A DNA stretch of 18,860 nt from Azolla caroliniana (lineage: Eukaryota; Plantae; Polypodiophyta): NCBI GenBank assembly GCA_043228905.1, contig JBHGNT010000627.1:1-18860 (forward strand). Reading direction: 5' to 3'. A program made the position numbers and the translations under genes. This document shows positions 1 to 10,296 of this stretch, piece after piece (the first letter of the stretch is position 1; each line of letters starts with the position of its first letter). The notes beneath the pieces are model-generated. The model ran no database searches, was not told where the DNA came from, and saw only the letters and a program-made list of their open reading frames with translations.

Positions 1-149
1 ATTTCTGTGTTCAAACATGCGAATCGAAACTAACAAGGCTAGCTATTAAATAGAATTAAAAAATCGAGATTTTGAAACTCAGGTCGAGAGATATGAAGAA
101 ATTAGCATATTTGAGGAGGGAGTTGAGAAGAGCGAGTGAGTAAATTAAA

Positions 150-317
150 ATGGTCATACCTGGCTCGTGTGATATCGGATTTCTGTGTTCAAACATGCGA
201 ATCGAAGCTAACAACGCTAGCTATGATATAGAATTAAAAAATCGAGATTTTGAAACTCAGGTCGAGAGACATGAAGAATTTAGCATATTTGAGGAGGGAG
301 TTGAGAAGAGCGTGTGA
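150..317 (+). CDS. Representative copy of a 55-codon ORF repeated once per monomer (hypothetical peptide; coding status unproven)
   Basis: ATG at 150 to TGA at 315-317. The consensus translation is MVIPGSCDIGFLCSNMRIEANKASYDIELKNRDFETQVERHEEISIFEEGVEKSE*. The ORF is clearly present in the sequence, but there is no recognisable domain and no evidence of expression. Confidence 0.12.
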   Translation: MVIPGSCDIGFLCSNMRIEANNASYDIELKNRDFETQVERHEEFSIFEEGVEKSV

Positions 318-2135
318 GTAAATTAAAATGGTCATACCTGGCTCGTGTGATATCGGATTTCTGTGTTCAAACATGCGAATCGAAGCTAACAACGCTAGCT
401 ATGATATAGAATTAAAAAATCGAGATTTTGAAACTCAGGTCGAGAGACATGAAGAAATTAGCATATTTGAGGAGGGAGTTGAGAAGAGCGTGTGAGTAAA
501 TTAAAATGGTCATACCTGGCTCGTGTGATATCGGATTTCTGTGTTCAAACATGCGAATCGAAGCTAACAAGGCTAGCTATGATATAGAATTAAAAAATCG
601 AGATTTGAAACTCAGGTCGAGAGACATGAAGAAATTAGCATATTTGAGGAGGGAGTTCAGAAGAGCGAGTGAGTAAATTAAAATGGTCATACCTGGCTCG
701 TGTGATATCGGATTTCTCTGTTCAAACATGCGAATCGAAGCTAACAAGGCTAGCTATGATATAGAATTAAAAAATCGAGATTTTGAAACTCAGGTCGAGA
801 GACATGAAGAAATTAGCATATTTGAGGAGGGAGTTGAGAAGAGCGTGTGAGTAAATTAAAATGGTCATACCTGGCTCGTGTGATATCGGATTTCTGTGTT
901 CAAACATGCGAATCGAAGCTAACAACGCTAGCTATGATATAGAATTAAAAAATCGAGATTTTGAAACTCAGGTCGAGAGACATGAAGAAATTAGCATATT
1001 TGAGGAGGGAGTTGAGAAGAGCGTGTGAGTAAATTAAAATGGTCATACCTGGCTCGTGTGATATCGGATTTCTGTGTTCAAACATGCGAATCGAAGCTAA
1101 CAAGGCTAGCTATGATATAGAATTAAAAAATCGAGATTTTGAAACTCAGGTCGAGAGACATGAAGAAATTAGCATATTTGAGGAGGGAGTTCAGAAGAGC
1201 GAGTGAGTAAATTAAAATGGTCATACCTGGCTCGTGTGATATCGGATTTCTGTGTTCAAACATGCGAATCGAAGCTAACAAGGCTAGCTATGATATAGAA
1301 TTAAAAAATCGAGATTTTGAAACTCAGGTCGAGAGATATGAAGAAATTAGCATATTTGAGGAGGGAGTTGAGAAGAGCGAGTGAGTAAATTAAAATGGTC
1401 ATACCTGGCTCGTGTGATATCGGATTTCTGTGTTCAAACATGCGAATCGAAACTAACAAGGCTAGCTATGATATAGAATTAAAAAATCGAGATTTTGAAA
1501 CTCAGGTCGAGAGACATGAGGAAATTAGCATATTTGAGGAGGGAGTTGAGAAGAGCGAGTGAGTAAATTAAAATGGTCATATCTGGCTCGTGTGATATCG
1601 GATTTCTGTGTTCAAACATGCAAATCGAAGCTAACAAGGCTAGCTATGATATAGAATTAAAAAATCGAGATTTTGAAACTCAGGTCGAGAGACATGAGGA
1701 AATTAGCATATTTGAGGAGGGAGTTGAGAAGAGCCGGTGAGTAAATTAAAATGGTCATACCTGGCTCGTGTGATATCGGATTTCTGTGTTCAAACATGCA
1801 AATCGAAGCTAACAAGGCTAGCTATGATATAGAATTAAAAAATCGAGATTTTGAAACTCAGGTCGAGAGACATGAAGAATTTAGCATATTTGAGGAGGGA
1901 GTTGAGAAGAGCGTGTGTGTAAATTAAAATGGTCATACCTGGCTCGTGTGATATCGGATTTCTGTGTTCAAACATGCGAATCGAAGCTAACAAGGCTAGC
2001 TATGATATAGAATTAAAAAATCGAGATTTTGAAACTCAGGTCGAGAGACATGAAGAAATTAGCATATTTGAGGAGGGAGTTGAGAAGAGCGTGTGAGTAA
2101 ATTAAAATGGTCATACCTGGCTCGTGTGATATCGG

Positions 2136-2313
2136 ATTTCTGTGTTCAAACATGCGAATCGAAACTAACAAGGCTAGCTATGATATAGACTTAAAAAATC
2201 GTGATTTCGAAACTGACGTCGAAAGACATGAGGAAATTAGCATGCTGGAGGAGGGAGTTGAGAAGAGCGAGTGAGTAAATTAAAATGGTCATACCTGGCT
2301 CGTGTGATATCGG
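2136..2313. repeat. Divergent monomer M13 with a cluster of substitutions at 2190-2247
   Basis: TAGACTTAAAAAATCGTGATTTCGAAACTGACGTCGAAAGACATGAGGAAATTAGCATGCTGG versus consensus TAGAATTAAAAAATCGAGATTTTGAAACTCAGGTCGAGAGACATGAAGAAATTAGCATATTTG: 10 differences within 58 bp, 6 of them not seen in any other monomer. Confidence 0.93.
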
Positions 2314-5181
2314 ATTTCTGTGTTCAAACATGCGAATCGAGGCTAACAAGGCTAGCTATGATATAGAATTAAAAAATCGAGATTTTGAAACTCAGGTGAG
2401 AGACATGAGGAAATTAGCATATTTGAGGAGGGAGTTGAGAAGAGCCAGTGAGTAAATTAAAATGGTCATACCTGGCTCGTGTGATATCGGATTTCTGTGT
2501 TCAAACATGCAAATCGAAGCTAACAAGGCTAGCTATGATATAGAATTAAAAAATCGAGATTTTGAAACTCAGGTCGAGAGACATGAAGAAATTAGCATAT
2601 TTGAGGAGGGAGTTGAGAAGAGCGTGTGAGTAAATTAAAATGGTCATACCTGGCTCGTGTGATATCGGATTTCTGTGTTCAAACATGCGAATCGAAACTA
2701 ACAAGGCTAGCTATGATATAGAATTAAAAAATCGAGATTTTGAAACTCAGGTCGAGAGACATGAAGAAATTAGCATATTTGAGGAGGGAGTTGAGAAGAG
2801 TCAGTGAGTAAATTAAAATGGTCATACCTGGCTCGTGTGATATCGGATTTCTGTGTTCAAACATGCAAATCGAAGCTAACAAGGCTAGCTATGATATAGA
2901 TTTAAAAAATCGAGATTTTGAAACTCAGGTCAAGAGACATGAAGAAATTAGCATATTTGAGGAGGGAGTTGAGAAGAGCGTGTGAGTAAATTAAAATGGT
3001 CATACCTGGCTCGTGTGATATCGGATTTCTGTGTTCAAACATGCGAATCGAAGCTAACAAGGCTAGCTATGATATAGAATTAAAAAATCGAGATTTTGAA
3101 ACTCAGGTCGAGAGACATGAAGAAATTAGCATATTTGAGGAGGGAGTTGAGAAGAGCGAGTGAGTAAATTAAAATGGTCATACCTGGCTCGTGTGATATC
3201 GGATTTCTGTGTTCAAACATGCGAATCGAAACTAACAAGGCTAGCTATGATATAGAATTAAAAAATCGAGATTTTGAAACTCAGGTCGAGAGACATGAGG
3301 AAATTAGCATATTTGAGGAGGGAGTTGAGAAGAGCGTGTGAGTAAATTAAAATGGTCATACCTGGCTCGTGTGATATCGGATTTCTGTGTTCAAACATGC
3401 AAATCGAAGCTAACAAGGCTAGCTATGATATAGAATTAAAAAATCGAGATTTTGAAACTCAGGTCGAGAGACATGAAGAATTTAGCATATTTGAGGAGGG
3501 AGTTGAGAAGAGCGTGTGTGTAAATTAAAATGGTCATACCTGGCTCGTGTGATATCGGATTTCTATGTTCAAACATGCGAATCGAAGCTAACAAGGCTAG
3601 CTATGATATAGAATTAAAAAATCGAGATTTTGAAACTCAGGTCGAGAGACATGAAGAAATTAGCATATTTGAGGAGGGAGTTGAGAAGAGCGTGTGAGTA
3701 AATTAAAATGGTCATACCTGGCTCGTGTGATATCGGATTTCTGTGTTCAAACATGCGAATCGAAACTAACAAGGCTAGCTATGATATAGAATTAAAAAAT
3801 CGAGATTTTGAAACTCAGGTCGAGAGACATGAGGAAATTAGCATATTTGAGGAGGGAGTTGAGAAGAGCGAGTGAGTAAATTAAAATGGTCATATCTGGC
3901 TCGTGTGATATCGGATTTCTGTGTTCAAACATGCCAATCGAAGCTAACAAGGCTAGCTATGATATAGAATTAAAAAATCGAGATTTTGAAACTCAGGTCG
4001 AGAGACATGAGGAAATTAGCATATTTGAGGAGGGAGTTGAGAAGAGCCGGTGAGTAAATTAAAATGGTCATACCTGGCTCGTGTGATATCGGATTTCTGT
4101 GTTCAAACATGCAAATCGAAGCTAACAAGGCTAGCTATGATATAGAATTAAAAAATCGAGATTTTGAAACTCAGGTCGAGAGACATGAAGAATTTAGCAT
4201 ATTTGAGGAGGGAGTTGAGAAGAGCGTGTGTGTAAATTAAAATGGTCATACCTGGCTCGTGTGATATCGGATTTCTGTGTTCAAACATGCAAATCGAAGC
4301 TAACAAGGCTAGCTATGATATAGAATTAAAAAATCGAGATTTTGAAACTCAGGTCGAGAGACATGAAGAAATTAGCATATTTGAGGAGGGAGTTGAGAAG
4401 AGTCAGTGAGTAAATTAAAATGGTCATACCTGGCTCGTGTGATATCGGATTTCTGTGTTCAAACATGCAAATCGAAGCTAACAAGGCTAGCTATGATATA
4501 GAATTAAAAAATCGAGATTTTGAAACTCAGGTCAAGAGACATGAAGAAATTAGCATATTTGAGGAGGGAGTTGAGAAGAGCGTGTGAGTAAATTAAAATG
4601 GTCATACCTGGCTCGTGTGATATCGGATTTCAGTGTTCAAACATGCGAATCGAAGCTAACAAGGCTAGCTATGATATAGAATTAAAAAATCGAGATTTTG
4701 AAACTCAGGTCGAGAGACATGAAGAAATTAGCATATTTGAGGAGGGAGTTGAGAAGAGCGAGTGAGTAAATTAAAATGGTCATACCTGGCTCGTGTGATA
4801 TCGGATTTCTGTGTTCAAACATGCGAATCGAAACTAACAAGGCTAGCTATGATATAGAATTAAAAAATCGAGATTTTGAAACTCAGGTCGAGAGACATGA
4901 GGAAATTAGCATATTTGAGGAGGGAGTTGAGAAGAGCCAGTGAGTAAATTAAAATGGTCATATCTGGCTCGTGTGATATCGGATTTCTGTGTTCAAACAT
5001 GCAAATCGAAGCTAACAAGGCTAGCTATGATATAGAATTAAAAAATCGAGATTTTGAAACTCAGGTCAAGAGACATGAAGAAATTAGCATATTTGAGGAG
5101 GGAGTTGAGAAGAGCGTGTGAGTAAATTAAAATGGTCATACCTGGCTCGTGTGATATCGGATTTCAGTGTTCAAACATGCG

Positions 5182-8100
5182 AATCGAAGCTAACAAGGCT
5201 AGCTATGATATAGAATTAAAAAATCGAGATTTTGAAACTCAGGTCGAGAGACATGAAGAAATTAGCATATTTGAGGAGGGAGTTGAGAAGAGCGTGTGAG
5301 TAAATTAAAATGGTCATACCTGGCTCGTGTGATATCGGATTTCTGTGTTCAAACATGCGAATCGAAGCTAACAAGGCTAGCTATGATATTGAATTAAAAA
5401 ATCGAGATTTTGAAACTCAGGTCGAGAGACATGAAGAAATTAGCATATTTGAGGAGGGAGTTGAGAAGAGCGAGTGAGTAAATTAAAATGGTCATACCTG
5501 GCTAGTGTGATATCGGATTTCTGTGTTCAAACATGCGAATCGAAACTAACAAGGCTAGCTATGATATAGAATTAAAAAATCGAGATTTTGAAACTCAGGT
5601 CGAGAGACATGAGGAAATTAGCATATTTGAGGAGGGAGTTGAGAAGAGCCAGTGAGTAAATTAAAATGGTCATACCTGGCTCGTGTGATATCGGATTTCT
5701 GTGTTCAAACATGCAAATCGAAGCTAACAAGGCTAGCTATGATATAGAATTAAAAAATCGAGATTTTGAAACTCAGGTCGAGAGACATGAAGAAATTAGC
5801 ATATTTGAGGAGGGAGTTGAGAAGAGTCAGTGAGTAAATTAAAATGGTCATACCTGGCTCGTGTGATATCGGATTTCTGTGTTCAAACATGCAAATCGAA
5901 GCTAACAAGGCTAGCTATGATATAGAATTAAAAAATCGAGATTTTGAAACTCAGGTCAAGAGACATGAAGAAATTAGCATATTTGAGGAGGGAGTTGAGA
6001 AGAGCGTGTGAGTAAATTAAAATGGTCATACCTGGCTCGTGTGATATCGGATTTCAGTGTTCAAACATGCGAATCGAAGCTAACAAGGCTAGCTATGATA
6101 TAGAATTAAAAAATCGAGATTTTGAAACTCAGGTCGAGAGACATGAAGAAATTAGCATATTTGAGGAGGGAGTTGAGAAGAGCGAGTGAGTAAATTAAAA
6201 TGGTCATACCTGGCTCGTGTGATATCGGATTTCTGTGTTCAAACATGCGAATCGAAACTAACAAGGCTAGCTATGATATAGAATTAAAAAATCGAGATTT
6301 TGAAACTCAGGTCGAGAGACATGAGGAAATTAGCATATTTGAGGAGGGAGTTGAGAAGAGCCAGTGAGTAAATTAAAATGGTCATACCTGGCTCGTGTGA
6401 TATCGGATTTCTGTGTTCAAACATGCAAATCGAAGCTAACAAGGCTAGCTATGATATAGAATTAAAAAATCGAGATTTTGAAACTCAGGTCGAGAGACAT
6501 GAAGAAATTAGCATATTTGAGGAGGGAGTTGAGAAGAGCGTGTGAGTAAATTAAAATGGTCATACCTGGCTCGTGTGATATCGGATTTCTGTGTTCAAAC
6601 ATGCGAATCGAAGCTAACAAGGCTAGCTATGATATTGAATTAAAAAATCGAGATTTTGAAACTCAGGTCGAGAGACATGAAGAAATTAGCATATTTGAGG
6701 AGGGAGTTGAGAAGAGCGAGTGAGTAAATTAAAATGGTCATACCTGGCTAGTGTGATATCGGATTTCTGTGTTCAAACATGCGAATCGAAACTAACAAGG
6801 CTAGCTATGATATAGAATTAAAAAATCGAGATTTTGAAACTCAGGTCGAGAGACATGAGGAAATTAGCATATTTGAGGAGGGAGTTGAGAAGAGCCAGTG
6901 AGTAAATTAAAATGGTCATACCTGGCTCGTGTGATATCGGATTTCTGTGTTCAAACATGCAAATCGAAGCTAACAAGGCTAGCTATGATATAGAATTAAA
7001 AAATCGAGATTTTGAAACTCAGGTCGAGAGACATGAAGAAATTAGCATATTTGAGGAGGGAGTTGAGAAGAGTCAGTGAGTAAATTAAAATGGTCATACC
7101 TGGCTCGTGTGATATCGGATTTCTGTGTTCAAACATGCAAATCGAAGCTAACAAGGCTAGCTATGATATAGAATTAAAAAATCGAGATTTTGAAACTCAG
7201 GTCAAGAGACATGAAGAAATTAGCATATTTGAGGAGGGAGTTGAGAAGAGCGTGTGAGTAAATTAAAATGGTCATACCTGGCTCGTGTGATATCGGATTT
7301 CAGTGTTCAAACATGCGAATCGAAGCTAACAAGGCTAGCTATGATATAGAATTAAAAAATCGAGATTTTGAAACTCAGGTCGAGAGACATGAAGAAATTA
7401 GCATATTTGAGGAGGGAGTTGAGAAGAGCGAGTGAGTAAATTAAAATGGTCATACCTGGCTCGTGTGATATCGGATTTCTGTGTTCAAACATGCGAATCG
7501 AAACTAACAAGGCTAGCTATGATATAGAATTAAAAAATCGAGATTTTGAAACTCAGGTCGAGAGACATGAGGAAATTAGCATATTTGAGGAGGGAGTTGA
7601 GAAGAGCCAGTGAGTAAATTAAAATGGTCATACCTGGCTCGTGTGATATCGGATTTCTGTGTTCAAACATGCAAATCGAAGCTAACAAGGCTAGCTATGA
7701 TATAGAATTAAAAAATCGAGATTTTGAAACTCAGGTCGAGAGACATGAAGAAATTAGCATATTTGAGGAGGGAGTTGAGAAGAGCGTGTGAGTAAATTAA
7801 AATGGTCATACCTGGCTCGTGTGATATCGGATTTCTGTGTTCAAACATGCGAATCGAAGCTAACAAGGCTAGCTATGATATTGAATTAAAAAATCGAGAT
7901 TTTGAAACTCAGGTCGAGAGACATGAAGAAATTAGCATATTTGAGGAGGGAGTTGAGAAGAGCGAGTGAGTAAATTAAAATGGTCATACCTGGCTAGTGT
8001 GATATCGGATTTCTGTGTTCAAACATGCGAATCGAAACTAACAAGGCTAGCTATGATATAGAATTAAAAAATCGAGATTTTGAAACTCAGGTCGAGAGAC

Positions 8101-8318
8101 ATGAGGAAATTAGCATATTTGAGGAGGGAGTTGAGAAGAGCCAGTGAGTAAATTAAAATGGTCATACCTGGCTCGTGTGATATCGGATTTCTGTGTTCAA
8201 ACATGCAAATCGAAGCTAACAAGGCTAGCTATGATATAGAATTAAAAAATCGAGATTTTGAAACTCAGGTCGAGAGACATGAAGAAATTAGCATATTTGA
8301 GGAGGGAGTTGAGAAGAG
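5182..8318. repeat. 7-monomer (1246-bp) higher-order repeat, ~2.5 copies
   Basis: The rare variant GGCTAGTG (consensus GGCTCGTG) sits at 5504, 6750 and 7996, exactly 1246 bp apart, each in a monomer that also carries GATATTG. The variant order of M31-M37 equals M38-M44 and continues through M45-M46 into M47. Confidence 0.92.
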
Positions 8319-10296
8319 CGAGTGAGTAAATTAAAATGGTCATACCTGGCTCGTGTGATATCGGATTTCTGTGTTCAAACATGCGAATCGAAACTAACAA
8401 GGCTAGCTATGAAATAGAATTAAAAAATCGAGATTTTGAAACTCAGGTCGAGAGACATGAAGAAATTAGCATATTTGAGGAGGGAGTTGAGAAGAGCGAG
8501 TGAGTAAATTAAAATGGTCATACCTGGCTCGTGTGATATCGGATTTCAGTGTTCAAACATGCGAATCGAAACTAACAAGGCTAGCTATGAAATAGAATTA
8601 AAAAATCGAGATTTTGAAACTCAGGTCGAGAGATATGAAGAAATTAGCATATTTGAGGAGGGAGTTGAGAAGAGCGAGTGAGTAAATTAAAATGGTCATA
8701 CCTGGCTCGTGTGATATCGGATTTCTGTGTTCAAACATGCGAATCGAAACTAACAAGGCTAGCTATGATATAGAATTAAAAAATCGAGATTTTGAAACTC
8801 AGGTCGAGAGACATGAGGAAATTAGCATATTTGAGGAGGGAGTTGAGAAGAGCGAGTGAGTAAATTAAAATGGTCATATCTGGCTCGTGTGATATCGGAT
8901 TTCTGTGTTCAAACATGCAAATCGAAGCTAACAAGGCTAGCTATGATATAGAATTAAAAAATCGAGATTTTGAAACTCAGGTCGAGAGACATGAGGAAAT
9001 TAGCATATTTGAGGATGGAGTTGAGAAGAGCCGGTGAGTAAATTAAAATGGTCATACCTGGCTCGTGTGATATCGGATTTCTGTGTTCAAACATGCGAAT
9101 CGAAGCTAACAAGGCTAGCTATGATATTGAATTAAAAAATCGAGATTTTGAAACTCAGGTCGAGAGACATGAAGAAATTAGCATATTTGAGGAGGGAGTT
9201 GAGAAGAGCGAGTGAGTAAATTAATCGGATTTCTGTGTTCAAACATGCGAATCGAAACTAACAAGGCTAGCTATGATATAGAATTAAAAAATCGAGATTT
9301 TGAAACTCAGGTCGAGAGACATGAGGAAATTAGCATATTTGAGGAGGGAGTTGAGAAGAGCCAGTGAGTAAATTAAAATGGTCATACCTGGCTCGTGTGA
9401 TATCGGATTTCTGTGTTCAAACATGCAAATCGAAGCTAACAAGGCTAGCTATGATATAGAATTAAAAAATCGAGATTTTGAAACTCAGGTCGAGAGACAT
9501 GAAGAAATTAGCATATTTGAGGAGGGAGTTGAGAAGAGCGAGTGAGTAAATTAAAATGGTCATACCTGGCTCGTGTGATATCGGATTTCTGTGTTCAAAC
9601 ATGCGAATCGAAACTAACAAGGCTAGCTATGAAATAGAATTAAAAAATCGAGATTTTGAAACTCAGGTCGAGAGACATGAAGAAATTAGCATATTTGAGG
9701 AGGGAGTTGAGAAGAGCGAGTGAGTAAATTAAAATGGTCATACCTGGCTCGTGTGATATCGGATTTCAGTGTTCAAACATGCGAATCGAAACTAACAAGG
9801 CTAGCTATGAAATAGAATTAAAAAATCGAGATTTTGAAACTCAGGTCGAGAGATATGAAGAAATTAGCATATTTGAGGAGGGAGTTGAGAAGAGCGAGTG
9901 AGTAAATTAAAATGGTCATACCTGGCTCGTGTGATATCGGATTTCTGTGTTCAAACATGCGAATCGAAACTAACAAGGCTAGCTATGATATAGAATTAAA
10001 AAATCGAGATTTTGAAACTCAGGTCGAGAGACATGAGGAAATTAGCATATTTGAGGAGGGAGTTGAGAAGAGCGAGTGAGTAAATTAAAATGGTCATATC
10101 TGGCTCGTGTGATATCGGATTTCTGTGTTCAAACATGCAAATCGAAGCTAACAAGGCTAGCTATGATATAGAATTAAAAAATCGAGATTTTGAAACTCAG
10201 GTCGAGAGACATGAGGAAATTAGCATATTTGAGGATGGAGTTGAGAAGAGCCGGTGAGTAAATTAAAATGGTCATACCTGGCTCGTGTGATATCGG
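7831..10296. repeat. Second 7-monomer tandem duplication (M45-M51 = M52-M58); second copy carries a 26-bp deletion
   Basis: The private variant GAGGATGG occurs at 9016 and 10236 (1220 bp apart = 1246 - 26). Paired TATGAAA monomers occur at M48/M49 and M55/M56, and CATATCTGG at M50 and M57. Confidence 0.92.
9077..9228. other. Truncated 152-bp monomer (26-bp internal deletion, junction at ~9223/9224)
   Basis: Reads GTAAATTAATCGGATTTC instead of GTAAATTA[AAATGGTCATACCTGGCTCGTGTGAT]ATCGGATTTC. Confidence 0.95.

Noticed and set aside
113-122. Shine-Dalgarno-like AGGAGG
   Set aside because: It lies about 30 bp upstream of the next ATG, too far for a ribosome-binding site. It is part of a purine tract in a eukaryote-type satellite.
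113-140. G-quadruplex or telomere-like repeat
   Set aside because: There is only one GGG run and one nearby GG, and no tandem telomeric motif.
54-150. Phased A-tract curvature signal
   Set aside because: A/T tracts (58-63, 70-77, 99-103, 142-150) are present but do not form a sustained ~10-bp periodic series by eye.
1-178. Identification as Arabidopsis thaliana CEN178 or primate alpha satellite based on length
   Set aside because: Only the length is similar. As far as I recall the CEN178 consensus, at most a few short words (e.g. CTAACAAGG, CATATTTGA) resemble it, with no overall alignment and no HindIII AAGCTT site here. A real alignment is needed.
1-178. CENP-B box (TTCG-N4-A-N2-CGGG)
   Set aside because: There is no CGGG or CCCG in the consensus, and the minus-strand TTCG words lack the downstream motif.
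1-178. 5S rRNA, tRNA or spliced-leader RNA tandem gene unit
   Set aside because: I found no recognisable 5S sequence, cloverleaf, A/B boxes or known spliced-leader sequence on either strand. An Rfam/Infernal search would be the formal test.
601-610. 1-bp deletion in GATTTTG (M4) as a meaningful variant
   Set aside because: It is a single occurrence in a T homopolymer and cannot be distinguished from sequencing or consensus error.
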